Both the position numbers and the translations under genes were made by a program. 64,000 bases of DNA from the NCBI GenBank assembly GCA_047495785.1, contig JBLDXI010000025.1, positions 2,232,001 to 2,296,000 of the forward strand. Direction: 5' to 3'. The notes beneath the pieces are model-generated. The model worked only from the letters and a program-made list of their open reading frames with translations. It ran no database searches and was not told the origin of the DNA. Shown here in pieces: positions 14,368-27,256 of the stretch (positions are counted from its first letter, which is position 1; every line of letters begins with the position of its first letter). The stretch comes from Lepidodermella squamata. Its lineage: Eukaryota > Animalia > Gastrotricha.

Positions 14368-17300
14368 CGGAAAATCGAATGAAAATTCCTGAATAAAATA
14401 GCGGATTCTCCAATATTCGAAAATTAGAAAGAATTTGGAAAAAGATTAGTAATGGGATCATAAAAAACTGGAAAATAAAACTGAATATTCGAAAATTTCA
14501 AAGAATTGTTGTGATTATTTTGAAAATATTCGATCGTCACTTATTTTTGCTGTGGAAATATAATGGATATTGTTAAGCAGATAATATGTAATTATTAGCT
14601 GTTCTATACCGATTCAGATTTTGATACCGAAGAGAATAATGGCCACGCGTCTCCTGATTCAATTAGCCGCGCTCTATTACCGCTGGCTTGATTGGTTCTG
14701 ATTGATTGGCGATAATTAACGCTAATAACGCAGTAAATCGCGGGATATAAATGTCGGAAATAATGCTATGAAATTATACTTGCTCAGTTGCTGTTGTTGT
14801 TGTTTCGCTGTTCAGTAAACGGAATATTCGGGCCATTATAATGTTTTGTTGCGTGTTTATTATTACGAGGGAATTGAAACGAAAACAGTAGGAGGAGGAC
14901 CATGAGCTGTTGTGGCGTGACCTTGAGCGCAAAATATTTCGCACGCGCGCGATCGACGCCCGTCGAGAGACGAGTGCAGGCGCAGCAGGATGCGCGAGAT
15001 GGCGCGATTCGATTTATTATTATTATTATTACTACAACTATCATTATTACCATCGTTTTGTACATAGATTTATCTTCCGAGTAATATTATTATTACTTAA
15101 CCCTATCAAGTGAAGAATGACGGGTAACAGTGGTAATATAAGACGAAGATGAAGCAATTTGTTGTTTTGACCTCGCGCCCGCAATTAATCACTGCTGCCA
15201 AAACGTCGACGTGATAATAAATTAGCCAAAAATTATAACCGCTATCATGGCAGCCGGTCTATAAATCACGCGCGGAAATTGAGCGCACTCAGCTAAGACA
15301 ATATACAGAAAAAATGTGGCGAAATTATGATATATTTTTTCATAGGTGTGATAAAATGTTCGGGAAATTGACCATTCGGCCCTGTGGAAAATTTTGACCT
15401 TATTTATTGTTTTGTGTCGCGTTTTTTCGGCGCGTGCGCACAATGTCCTCGTTGCAATAATAAATAAGCGCGCACTTTTAGGTGCGGCCAATTAACTCGC
15501 GCCCGGCCAGTGAAAATATGGGCCTTCGAAATATGCAATAATCAGCATTTCGAGAGTGAGAATATTGCTTAATTATGAGCTATTTTTTGTCGATCGGCCG
15601 TCGATAGGTGGTAATTATTTTTCGGTCTGGCTGAAAGCTGAGTGCTGAATTTTCGTGACCATAATATCGGCATATGCCTAAAAGTTCAGGTCACAAATTT
15701 TGAAAAAATAACTTGTAGACCAATAAACAAAAAACGTGACGTGAAAAGTTGTGGCCTAATGCAATTTGAAGAATAATTGAGCCATTACACTTCAGCTAAC
15801 ATAAGCCGAAATTATGCAGACGTAAATAAGAATAAAAAATGTCACTAATGGCCAACCTGTTAAAACCGTTAGGAAATGAAAAATTATCGTCGAAAATGTG
15901 ATTTATGGTAGCCTCATGACTTGTATAAACTTTTGTAACAGCAATTTTTTTATATAATTTTGTATCAATTTTTCCCTAATTGATTTGTGATTAAAAATTG
16001 AATATACTAATGAAATAAATCGCAAAAAACCAGGCTGTTCCATATCTCACAGTAATAATATATGCAGTAGGATGCCATGCCTTGATTCTGAATTTAGAAA
16101 AATTCGCGAACAATTTATAATAAATATTCTTTCTCTGACCGTTGGAATGCCAGAAGCCAAAATTATGATCAGCCTAATTTGCGAAGGCTCGTGTCTCATG
16201 CGAATAAAGATTAAAGACAGCTAAAGCCGGTTCTGCCGATAGGTGAGAATAATCGGAAAATGAATGGCTCTTGAAAATATAAAATACCAATTTATTAAAG
16301 CTGAAGTATAGAATCGGACCTGTCTCCTAAAAGTGATGAATCAGCGCTTTTTATCCTACGTCTGCGATTTTAGTCATTATAACGTATTGCGGGGTATATT
16401 TATCCTACCGTTTTTTCATAGCGATTTTAGTGAAGGCGAGTCAATAAATAACAAAGGCAAATAAAAGCCTGGAAAAAATACCTGGACATATAGTATAAAT
16501 CCATTTAATCACGAAAAAAATCAGGGCCACTCGAGGGAGATAAGCTTTTGAGCACTTGATCTAATGAAAAGGTAAGTTATATGCTTTGCGAGACATGAAC
16601 TAATTCGGCGACACGCGGCTTGTGAACTAATATAAAAGACCGCCGACAAATAGCCGGCTAATTTTAACGTGTTCGAATAACATGCGATATAAATGATAAT
16701 ATGGGACCTAAATATGTATGCGCGTGTTAATAGCCGTGTTACAGCAGACGCGCTGACCTTTCGCAGTAACTGACTTTTGCCTGCTGCCTAAATTACCTGT
16801 AAAATTAGCCCGCGCCTCAGGCCACAGACGGTGGATGGTAGGCAAGCAAGTCTGCGGCTGAAGGCTGAAAGATGCGCGACTTCTTCGTTTTGTGTGCGAT
16901 GGCGCCTGAAAACGTGCCCTATCGCCGGTTGCGGCCGGCGGGCCCGGTACCAAGGCCGGAAATGACCGTTCCGCCGCCGTGGCAAGACTTGTCGCAAGAC
17001 GCACGCGCGCGCAAAAACAATAATATTACAGAGTGCGCGCTAGTAAATATATACAACAGTCGAAATATATAATAATATAATATAGGTCACTCACTAGTTT
17101 TCTCTCATTGCGCGATACTATTAAGTGGGCTAAAATGCGTGTCCCGGCTACAGGTAGTGGCTAAATTTCCGGTCAATCGGCGACCGGAGACGAACGCTAG
17201 AACGTCATTAGCTCGCCTCATCATCAGAAATCTTTCTTTTTATAGCGACAATAACATTATTTAATTTCAAAATAGCTATGCACTGTCGCTTTGTTTTTGA

Positions 17301-18503
17301 AAAAGGACGCACGGCCGTGGCGATAAACAAAATTTATTTCTTATAGCCTATATACTATAGGATCGTTTGTGATTTTGTTAGATCGCGTTCCTATGTCCTG
17401 GGAATTGAGATTTGTTGATTCTTTGCCTGGATTTTTATTTGATATTTAGTGTATAAGATAATAGCGTCGCGCGCGCGCCTTTTCTCATCCGGACGATGCG
17501 AAAAGTTTGTATTGTTTTTGTTTTTCGATTCCTTTTCTCAAGGCCGAATGAATTTTATAATAATTAAACCGGTACGCGTTCAGATCATCGCTTTGTCCTT
17601 GTTCTTGATACATTCCTCGTCCTGATCTTTGGTGAAAATAGATTAAAAAAGTTCTGAAAGCTGAAAGGAAAACAGCGCCAGACAAAACACGCCTCAGACA
17701 GAACAGAAAGGATCAGGCCTGAATATTTGCGCCATTAAATTTAGGATTACAGATATGATAATTTCCGATGCTTGGCGATTGGGATGATTCATTTCCTAGA
17801 TCGATAATTAATACCCGTCTGACCGCAGGATTTTTTAATTCAGCAATCTTGAAATCTCATTTAAGTAGACAAATATTCAACATTGGTATCGGAAAAATCA
17901 GTAATTTTTGAAATCGATCATCGATCATGAAATCGATATCGGCTAAAGTTTAGCTTTTAACAGAATTGCGTAAAATAGTAAGATTTATCGGTTGGTTTTG
18001 ATTTTTGATGAATTTTTGATTTCACGAAAATCCAGTGCCGGACCTTCAGATTTAATGCTGGAACCTTACATTTGGAAACTCTACCTGAAACTTCAAAAAT
18101 GCGGGTGAAATTTGAAAAATCAATAAAAATACCTAATTTAACGGTAAATTCTTCTATTTTCTTGCGTTTCAATGCTATTTAATTGGGAAATATTGAAATG
18201 TGATGAGACAAAAAGGCAAAATAACATAGATCAAAGCTTTTATTGCCCGAAAACTCAGCTGCGAGGCGATTATACCGGAATTGGCGATTTTTTGAACAAT
18301 TTTAATAAAATATGGGCAGCGGAGAGTTCTGAGCTTTTATTAGCTTGAATTTTAGTGCTGTTCTCGCCCGATTATTTCCGCCTATTCTCGGTTCACTGAA
18401 CATACTCGTAAGAGCTAATGGCGAGAAAAAGGTGATTGTAAGCTGCAGTACTAAAGATTGACGAAAGATATATATGAAACAAATGCAGCTCCAAACTTCA
18501 GGC

Positions 18504-18964
18504 CAGTGTTTGAAACAGGTAAGGTTTTGCAGACCGATACCAGACCTGTGAACGGTGGAAGTCAAACTAAACCGGACCTGGAACGGCCCGTTTTAGAACT
18601 GCATTTTTTAAATCGCATGAAAATAGCGAAGGCGTGATATCAAACGCATAAAACTTCCTAACTCATCTAAAAAGTAAGATCAATCAATGTTGGGAGCCAT
18701 CCTAAGCCTCAGTAAACAAGTTCGGAAGCCGGAAACTAGCCCAACCATATCCGATACGTTTGACTGCCGCGCAAATGCTCCAAGTCAAGAAAATGAGGAA
18801 AACAGCAAACTCTAATTTTTCTATAGAATTCTTTTCCATTATTCCCTTTCATTATAGCATAAGTAAAAATTAAGTTTTCCCGGTCTACCGATGGCGCTTT
18901 TTGAGACCGATACCGGACCTGGAAGGGGAGCGGCGTCGGTCGAGCGGACCTGTTTCCAAAGCTT
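18504..18964. mobile_element. Possible degenerate MITE with internal ACCGGACCTG repeats
   Basis: Imperfect terminal IR (agtgtttgaaacaggt / acctgtttccaaagct); GACCGATACC(A/G)GACCTG repeated at ~18533 and ~18905. Confidence 0.35.
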
Positions 18965-19283
18965 AACGATAGTGAAATTTTGCGAGACTCGCTCAGGTTT
19001 CTTTCAAATTCAATATTGCACGAATGTTATAGTTTGGCTTAGGATGAGAGCTTTTGCGTCAGAGATTCTAAGCTTTCGTTAGCTGATCATTGATAAGATC
19101 GTGAAAATTCTTCAATAATAATGCTCTGAGTGCCATGGATTGTGAAATGGTAAAGTGCTAGGTGTGGTTCATGTGTGGTTCCGTTACTCAATGCCCATTT
19201 ATTCAAATTCTTAGATAGCGTGGTGCAAGCTCGGGAGTAAGGCAGCAGTCTAACATTATTTCATTCATTTTCCATTTTTTTCT

Positions 19284-20708
19284 TTACAAAATGTGGCATA
19301 TGCCACTGTTGAGGGATGGCACTCTAATTTGATTCGACGGCTGGGCAGCATCGAGAAACTGCTTAACCAGCCGCCAATCTCGCTGCACTTTCAACTTGGT
19401 TGTCTCGTTGCCAGCGAAAACAGCCTCATCTGGGAACCCAGCAAATTGCAACGTATTAGGGCCATCCACTTTCTTCAACGCAGCTTGGCTTGGCTTCTTC
19501 GGATCTGCAGCATTCCGCTCGGCTTGGTAAACCCTAGGAAATTGATCCCGCAACTGCTCCATCCGAGATTCATTCACAGAATCGGCTTTAGTCGCCAGAA
19601 ACATGAATCTCGTCTTGGAGCTGTTGTAACTCAACCACTGAAGAATGTTAGCAACAGTTTCGAAATAACCTGGCGGGAGACGGTCGGTTGCTGAGCATAG
19701 AATGAAAACAGCGTCGAGGTGGCGAACATTGGCCCCAATCCGTCCCCGGAGCATTTTCACGATTTCATCATTGTCCCAATGCCTGTCGTAGAATCCTACT
19801 GTGTCCGTCACGAGGATGTTACGTTGCCGTCCTCCGATCATCCCTGTTCCGCGGATAAAGTAAATCTCTCGGGTGACGTTTTCGAAACTGATCTCAGACT
19901 CGCAAATCTCTTCATTAAAGATCACGTTGATCAGCCGAGATTTTCCTGAACCTGTTGGGCCAATCAGCAGGATGTTGTAGTCCTCATCTTTCGCCGAGTC
20001 GAGGTAATACTCAAAACGGCTCGCTCGGAAGTTTGTTTCAATGAAACTATAAACCCGTTGCGGGACGTGATTTGGATCAAAAAAATGTGGCCTGATCGCG
20101 GCTGGGAAGGCATTAACCTTCGTCAAAACGTCGCCAATTATGTTAGACCTGAAGTAGGACATCAAAACATTTTCACCATCCATCTGCGAACTGATCCAGC
20201 GGCCGCGGTAGATGTAGTTGGCCACATGTTCGCAGTTTCGCAGGCAAAGGGAGTAGTTACACATGCCTAAGATGCTTTCCATGCGTTGTCGCATTGGCTC
20301 GTCGATTTCCTTAGCGTAAACGACTTGGTACTGATTTTCGGCGTATTGATTGCCAACAATTTGAACTCGAGCTTCGTCTAGGTCGATACGGTCTGAGCCG
20401 AATTCCAGGCAATAAGGGCCGCTGATTAGGAACCAATGTGAGTAAGCTAGGCTCATGTAGGATCTGTCGATTTTGCAAAGGCACACGTCATGGCCGATGG
20501 AGAAGGCGCCGTCGCGGAGAATCTCCGAACTGCGTTGTCTCATTGCGCGGTCAAAAATGATGGTATGATCCTGTTGCCACTTTGCTCTCTCAGCTCTTAC
20601 GAGATCGCTGTTTTGAATAGCTTTTGTAACCGCTATTGGAATGCCAATGATAGCAGCCACAGCGGCACCAGCTGCGACCACTGCTCCAACCACTGCTTTT
20701 GAATCCAT
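19284..20708 (-). CDS. Intronless 474-aa fusion: N-terminal hydrophobic anchor + LRAT/PLAAT-like (permuted NlpC/P60) domain + AIG1/GIMAP-like P-loop GTPase + CaaX
   Basis: AVVGAVVAAGAAVAAIIGIPIAV; H-box YSHWFL and NC motif YSLCLRNCEHVANY; G1 GPTGSGKS, G2 VT, G3 DTVG, G4 TKAD; C-terminal CHIL. Confidence 0.85.
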   Translation of the reverse strand: MDSKAVVGAVVAAGAAVAAIIGIPIAVTKAIQNSDLVRAERAKWQQDHTIIFDRAMRQRSSEILRDGAFSIGHDVCLCKIDRSYMSLAYSHWFLISGPYCLEFGSDRIDLDEARVQIVGNQYAENQYQVVYAKEIDEPMRQRMESILGMCNYSLCLRNCEHVANYIYRGRWISSQMDGENVLMSYFRSNIIGDVLTKVNAFPAAIRPHFFDPNHVPQRVYSFIETNFRASRFEYYLDSAKDEDYNILLIGPTGSGKSRLINVIFNEEICESEISFENVTREIYFIRGTGMIGGRQRNILVTDTVGFYDRHWDNDEIVKMLRGRIGANVRHLDAVFILCSATDRLPPGYFETVANILQWLSYNSSKTRFMFLATKADSVNESRMEQLRDQFPRVYQAERNAADPKKPSQAALKKVDGPNTLQFAGFPDEAVFAGNETTKLKVQRDWRLVKQFLDAAQPSNQIRVPSLNSGICHIL

Positions 20709-21100
20709 AAAATTAGTTAGAAATAATATTCAAGGAAATTATCAGGTGAGTCTGTTTGTGGAAGATAAGGAAATATAGGTTCTTTATGACTAATTTTGCA
20801 TTCGCCAAACTGGATAGCTTATCTCCCTTCTATCCTTATCCACCGGTTCACAGTTCCAAGTTACAAACCATTTCAAGATGAGTCATCCTTTTAAGGCAGA
20901 GAAATCTAATCCATCCAAGCTGCTAACATTTTCGCATCGTCTAGACTGCTTTAGTTGTTGGTCCAAGTCAAATAGCTTATGGCTCAAGCCGCATTTTTTA
21001 AGCCTTCGTTTCTTCCGTCAAAAATCCGTTACTCGTTATAAGTTTGGATTTTATTTATTTGAATTGATTGTAGAAGGAAAGACAATGCTTGATACATTTA

Positions 21101-22500
21101 TTACAATTCTGAGTAGCCTTTCCGCCTCAACATACAAACTGATAAGTGTCCATCTCTGAAAATTAGAAAGATTTGCATCATGAGACTGACCGCCAGCACC
21201 AAAGCTTGAATAGACGTAGCGGCGGCAAATCCGAGATTTTCCATCATTGTCCCAGCTAGGAAAGCGCCCAAAAAGCCTCCGACTCCGAAACAGCAGTCGT
21301 AAAACGTCGAAATGAACGCAGGTATCGAAGGGTCGTCTTTAGCCAGGCCATTCAACTCTCCTAGCCGTTGAACTTCTTTCGACAGTGGGACCATAACAGA
21401 AGCTAGGCCGCAATGAGCAACGATAGCTCCAACTACTAGCTGGATAAGCCCAGGCTCGAGTCCAGGGAAAATAGGACTCGGCCCAATGATCAAATAACCG
21501 AAGATTGCAAGAATCGTCCCAACAAGAATAACAACCCAACCAGCGTTTAACTTATCAGATAATCTACCCGCTATAGGAGCTGCGATTCCATAAGCTCCGG
21601 AGGATGACAGATATATAGCCCCAACTATCAATGGATCAGTTATTTCAAACTCAGCCAATCGAACACCTAATGTCGTCTCTGTGAAGACCATTGTCATTGT
21701 ACCAGTTAGGCCGGTATAAAACAGGAAGATCATGCTTAATCCTGATAGCTTTCTTAGTGCTACAAACATGTTCCCCTCACCATTTTCGTCTCCTTTTGAG
21801 TCACTAGGCACCGCAATGAGGATAACTGGGACGAATACTATGAGAACTACGCCCATGAATAAGTAGGGCATCATGTAACCACCAGCAGCATACAAAGCAC
21901 CGCCTAAACTTGGTCCTATGAGAGTCCCGAGAGAATAACTGGTCGACATGAGTCCGATGGCGAACGTAAAATTGTCGCGGAACAGCAATCCAAGCATTGT
22001 GAAGGTTGTGACGTAATAAGCTGATACGCCAATGCCTTGGAAAATCCTGACGAGGAAGCTGAACGCTATGTAAATCGTTCCGTTTGGGCCCAGGTCGAGT
22101 AGGCCAAACAGGATTGAACATGTCGAGGCCCACACGATGCCGGAGCATAGAAGAAATTTTAGCCCAATTTTTAACATGGTAAACGCTTTGATAATAAAAC
22201 TTTATCGACATATTTATAAATAATCCAAGGGACTTACCAAGTATAATAGCTGCAAAGCATTGAATGAGTTGCATTGAGCCGAGAACAGCTCCTGCAATCG
22301 ACTGACTCATTCCTTTCTCGATTGCTCGATTCGGAAAAAAAGCCAAGAGCCAAGAGCAACGGAAAAAATGGGGCTGGAACTGAGAACAAAGCAGCTCCGA
22401 TGAACTGAAGAGCCAAGAAGATGGCAAGTAAAAACTTTTTCTTTGCAGGCGACACTGCGGTTTTCACCGCATCTTTTCGTTCTAAAGGAGCTACTGCCAT
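21101..22500 (-). CDS. SLC18B1: MFS transporter, SLC18B1-like; exon 1 carries a 28-bp frameshifting insertion (possible pseudogene or null allele); intron 22186-22237
   Basis: Multi-TM MFS with APFFP..A.EKG, FLVRIFQGIG, LIGPSLGGALY, APIAGRLSDK, LIIGPSP; GT-AG intron of 52 bp joins in frame. Confidence 0.8.
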
Positions 22501-23974
22501 CGAATGATATCTTTGGGAATGCAAATAAGTGCTGCCCGATGCCCAGACCGAGCTGAACAAATGGCTTCGATCTACACTCATTTTTGTGGTTGAGAATGAA
22601 ATTCCTGGAGCAAGAGCAGAAAGTTGTAATTATATAAGTGATAAGATCTTATCTTATCTTTGGCAATTCAATGCCGATGTGTCCGGCGTGCGATCCGAGT
22701 TACAGATAACAATAAGCTGTTATCTGTCCGCTGACCAAATATTCATCTTTCGTGTGTCCAGTCATATCGTGAACTTTATTTAGGGCCAGGTGTGAGAAGA
22801 GACTTGCTTGCTAGCAGAAATCGTGTTTAATCGAAGACGTAAGCAATAGCAATTTCCCGTTATAACGGACAATTATTAACTTTGATCCTGAGTATCGTGT
22901 TCATTAGAGATGTAGAACCTTAATAGTAATCATTATTACGTAGGAATAATCGGTTTAACATGAAACAAGCGAAATTCTCTCAATAACACGCTGGTCATGG
23001 TACTTCGAGCAGCTGTTGTTGGTGACCTGATTTGCGGATATTGTGATGTGATATAAACCGACTTGAGGAAATTCCTAATGCTCGCGATTCTTGATTCTTC
23101 GATTCTGATTCTCAAATTTGGGCTTAGACTCTTGATTCCGGAGCCGAAATTTAGATACCAATTCTCACCCATCCGATTCTGATTCCCGATTCTCAAAAAA
23201 TTCACAAATAAATCGTTTTGAAATTGTGTTGAAACAGCAAGCGCATCATTCTTTTATTGAGCCTTGTCGGCCATTTCAAAAATCAAAACAAAAATCGAAA
23301 ATTAAACAATGAAAATTAATGGTTTGAATATGCTCAGTCGTAGCAAAATGGAAAAGGGATATTGATTAAGATTTTAAAGTTATCAATGACTTTCCTATAA
23401 AATGGCTGGCTGAAATTTGTCCCTGGGATCTTGTTTCTTGACATAGAGATCACGGAAACTTAACCCCGAGAGCTCCATTGTTTTCTAGATTCCTCAATTT
23501 TGTTTTCCAAGCTGTTTGCTACATACAGGAATACATTCTGTTTCATAGCCCTCTCTTTGAGTGCGAAACTATAAGCTACACGTGATTTTTGTCAAAAAGC
23601 TGAACGCGACGTACGCTGCTGTATTTCACAGACAGATCTTATTACGTATGCTTTATCCCGTGCTTGCCCGACTGTCTACATTGATCGATACGTTTTTTAT
23701 GCGGACGCGTTGATCTTGTTTTTCAAGTTGACGAGGTTTTGTCAAGTAAACTCATGTGAGAGCGCATGTAATTGCCCATGATATTATGTAGCCACTCATT
23801 CAGCAAAGTGTTAAAACATACATTTTGTATTTTCAGATTTCATGTGTTTTGATTTCTTCGCTTGATAGATAATGTTCTCTATCCGTATGCGAAAGTGATG
23901 ACTGTAGGAGTCAGAATATAAAATATAAAGCCAGTGTAACGAGCGAACTTTTCGTCCAAGCCGCTCAAGAATCA

Positions 23975-25377
23975 ATGCCCAAGCCACTTCGACCTACTTC
24001 ATGTGAGGACACAGTGAAATGTCGTGTTTGTGATCTTGTTGTACCTCGGCGCCTCAAGTATCAACCCTCATGCTGCGAGGCCTGCCAAAAATTCTTCAGG
24101 CGGAATTGCCATCGAACCGATCAACTCAAGTGCAAGCACGCCAAATTAAAGCAACGCCCGGAACAATCCAAATTTGCTGTCTACGTAAGCCGGAGTATGT
24201 GTTCCCGCTGTCGGTTCGACAAATGTGTAGCAGCTGGAATGACCAGTGAGGAAAACCGCCAATAACACATTTCAATAATCTTTTTGTTAAAATTGCAGGC
24301 AAGTTTTTGATTCAAAATAATACTCACGGTATGAAATCGGAGCCCGGAAGTGAGGAAAGCGATCCATCGGATAGTAATAGTGGGATTCCGTTACTCGAGC
24401 CAGCTGAGAGCAATGCAATCACGCTCACGCTGCCAAAAACGCCCGAGTCTTTGGTCCAAAATCCAATAGAAAAGCTAGTTCGAACTTCTATTCATGCTTT
24501 CACGGTACTTCACGGGCTCGAATTTGTAGGATTAACTGATTTAGCCATAGTTTTACCTTATGTGCTAATCGATTGCAGGGTCCGCTAAAAGATAGGTCTG
24601 ATCCCGCTCAACAACTTGATTTACGCACTCGCATCGTCCAACGGATCCACTACAACGTTGAACACGTCAAAGCATACCAGTTTCAGTTCCTAGGTGAGAA
24701 AGATTTTGCAAAAATGAAGTTGAAGCAATTTTCCACTACCAGAGGCCTGGAATGACATTAACATTGATGACGTGGAGCCAGGTCGAGGGTTTGCATCCGG
24801 GAAAATGAGTTCTGTTTTCCACAACCTTTCAGGTGATTCGAAACCATCCTGGTATGGTCTGGATGATGGAGTGAAGGAGCTCATTTACCGCGACTTTCCG
24901 TATTTATCGGTAGAGATTCTCTTGTTTTGTGCTTCCATCCTATATTCAAAATTAAATCCAGGTACTGGAGAAAGAGTATCATTTGCTGAAGAAACTGCTG
25001 GGCAAGCTAGCGCCTACCTTCATCGAAGCTGCATTAGTTCTGAGCATATCGATATTTCACGGTAATTATAAGCTTTCTAGCTTTAACATTTCCTTGAGTT
25101 GAACTTTTCAGACGAGACAGGCAAAAATCAACAACTTCAGCGCTTTCAGAGAAAACTTATCGCTGCTCTGATGGGAGTAATAAGCGACAGATACGGCGAT
25201 AGCCGTGACGTTTTAAATGACCGCTTGGAGCTTCTTGGCCAAAGTATCGCGACTAATGTTCGGCTGCAAAAACGAGCGCTAACCATCTTTGAACATGAAG
25301 CCCATGATTCCCATTTTTGCAGTTCAGCTGCTGTAGCTCTTAATTTTTCACCCGGATTTCATGATACTGATCGGTGA
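23975..25377 (+). CDS. Divergent nuclear receptor NR-1 (6 exons)
   Basis: DBD CRVC..CEACQKFFRR..CSRCRFDKC..GM; five ~50-bp GT-AG introns join in frame (intron 1 at 24246-24298) to an LBD-like region (PTFIEAALVLSISIFH). Confidence 0.85.
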
Positions 25378-25935
25378 AAATACTTGCCAGAATGACATGT
25401 ATTCGCTATTTCCAGCAACAATTAATTTGTGCTCAAATGAGATATTTTCAGCCACTGCAGAATAAAACGGGTGTTCTTCGCAGCTACTGTTTTAGAACCG
25501 TACCAATAAAGGATCACCTTAGTTAGAGATGAGAGTTTCATTTGACCTTTTAAGGTGGTTCGCGTTATACTGAGCTTTAAAAAATGCTCACCTGCGCATT
25601 GTAAGCGATATGCGCAAAATTTCGCGTTCCAATTTGTTGAAATATTCAAGTCTGCGCATTAGAGCAGTAAATGTGTTTGAACTTGGCTTATTTGATGCGT
25701 GTGCTACGTAAAAACCCAGACAGTGGCTAGCTTTTAGTTCTTGTTTGGCTCATGAGCTGTACTTCTTATTTCCAAAAGTGGTACGTGTGTCTATGCCTGA
25801 TCGATAAACTGCGTCTCGACGTTTATTTTCGGCGTGAAAAACATGCGGGCTGAGTTCAAATTACGGCGCCCTTCAGAGTCATTCGTCAATTTATAAGCTA
25901 GCATTATTGTTACAAATGATTCGCGAGGAGCCATC

Positions 25936-27256
25936 ATGCTAACTCAAGTAAGCGAATGCCGTGTATGTGGCGTAGTCGTCCCGCCGCGCGACTCGTATCA
26001 GCCGAAGTGCTGTGAAGCCTGCCAAAAATTCTTCCGAAGGAATTGCCATCGCAGGGACTCCCTCAAGTGTCACCATTCGAAGAAAGGCGCAAAAGCCGAT
26101 CCTAACAAGCTGAAATACTACATCAGCCGACGAATGTGTGGCAGGTGCCGTTTCGAGAAATGCATTGCCGTTGGAATGCAGAGTGAGCGAATCCTTTTTA
26201 CCTTCTTCCTAACGGCTATAAAAGTTTCTGTTAGGTAAATTCTACGCTGACAGAACGGCTATGAGTGAAAAACCCCAAGACGACGCAGATAGCGATCGTG
26301 TTTTAACCGAAATTCCTAAAGCAGTGGCTACAAGTTTACCTGAAAAACATTTACGAACATCGATACATGCTTTCACATTACTCCACGGGCTCGAATTTGT
26401 GAGTTTTATTGCCATTCAAGACGCTATGATGAAAATTTTCGAATCAGGGCCCTTTGAAAGAGAAACAGTCGTTTGATTATGGTGACGAACAGTGGCTAAC
26501 ACTCAGCTCTCAACTTCTTAAACGAATGAAGTACAGCGTCGATCATCTTAATGCTTATAGTTTCCAGTTTATCGGTATGTCCAGTATAATGAAAACCTTA
26601 GTGTAATTACTTCCCTATTCCAGCGTCATTCGAAGAAATAAGCATGGACGACGTCATTGAAATTCGGGCCTCAGCAACATCTCACATGTGTACGATATTT
26701 CATAATCTATCCGGCAGTTCGAAGCCATCCTGGTTTGGGCTTGATGATGAGATGGTCGATTTCATGGTTCGAAAATTTCCCGACTTGGCAGTAATTAATC
26801 CTTCGATTTGCCCCAAAAATATCAATATTAACTATCTTATTATTGAAAAGGTCCTTGACAAGAAGTTCAGAAAACTGAAGATTTCGCTCGATAGATTTAA
26901 CCCAAATTTTATCGAGGCAACCTTACTACTTGCAATCGCCATTTTTCACGGTAATTTTCATTCGAGTTATCCACTATTTGCACTTTGCCCTATTTTCGCA
27001 ATTTGTAGACCAATCAGCGAAAAATCAGCGAATAAAGAAATTTCAGCGAAGGTTAGTCGAGACTATATGGGAAGTTTTCAGCGAGACGCAGCATGGCGAT
27101 GCCGAACTCGTCCGACTCCGCATGAAACTGCTCAAGCAGTGCGTTTCAAAATCAGTAGCTATTATCAGGAAAGCTCGCACCTGTTTTGATGTTGGGCGTC
27201 CTGAGTGCAAGGAGTTTCACGATTCGACTGCAGAGGCGCTGAACATTGTCGAATAG
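25936..27256 (+). CDS. Divergent nuclear receptor NR-2 (6 exons)
   Basis: Same DBD (CEACQKFFRR, CGRCRFEKC), same intron positions, LHGLEF / HNLSGSSKPSW / PNFIEATLLL blocks. Confidence 0.85.

Noticed and set aside
6900-17700. Dozens of 60-130 aa ORFs in the track
   Set aside because: Low-complexity, no recognisable domains, no consistent splice chains; expected by chance.
23085-23195. GATTC-rich cluster (and ATCGAT cluster at ~17885-17945) as TE subterminal repeats
   Set aside because: Plausible transposon relics, but no termini or TSD could be identified.
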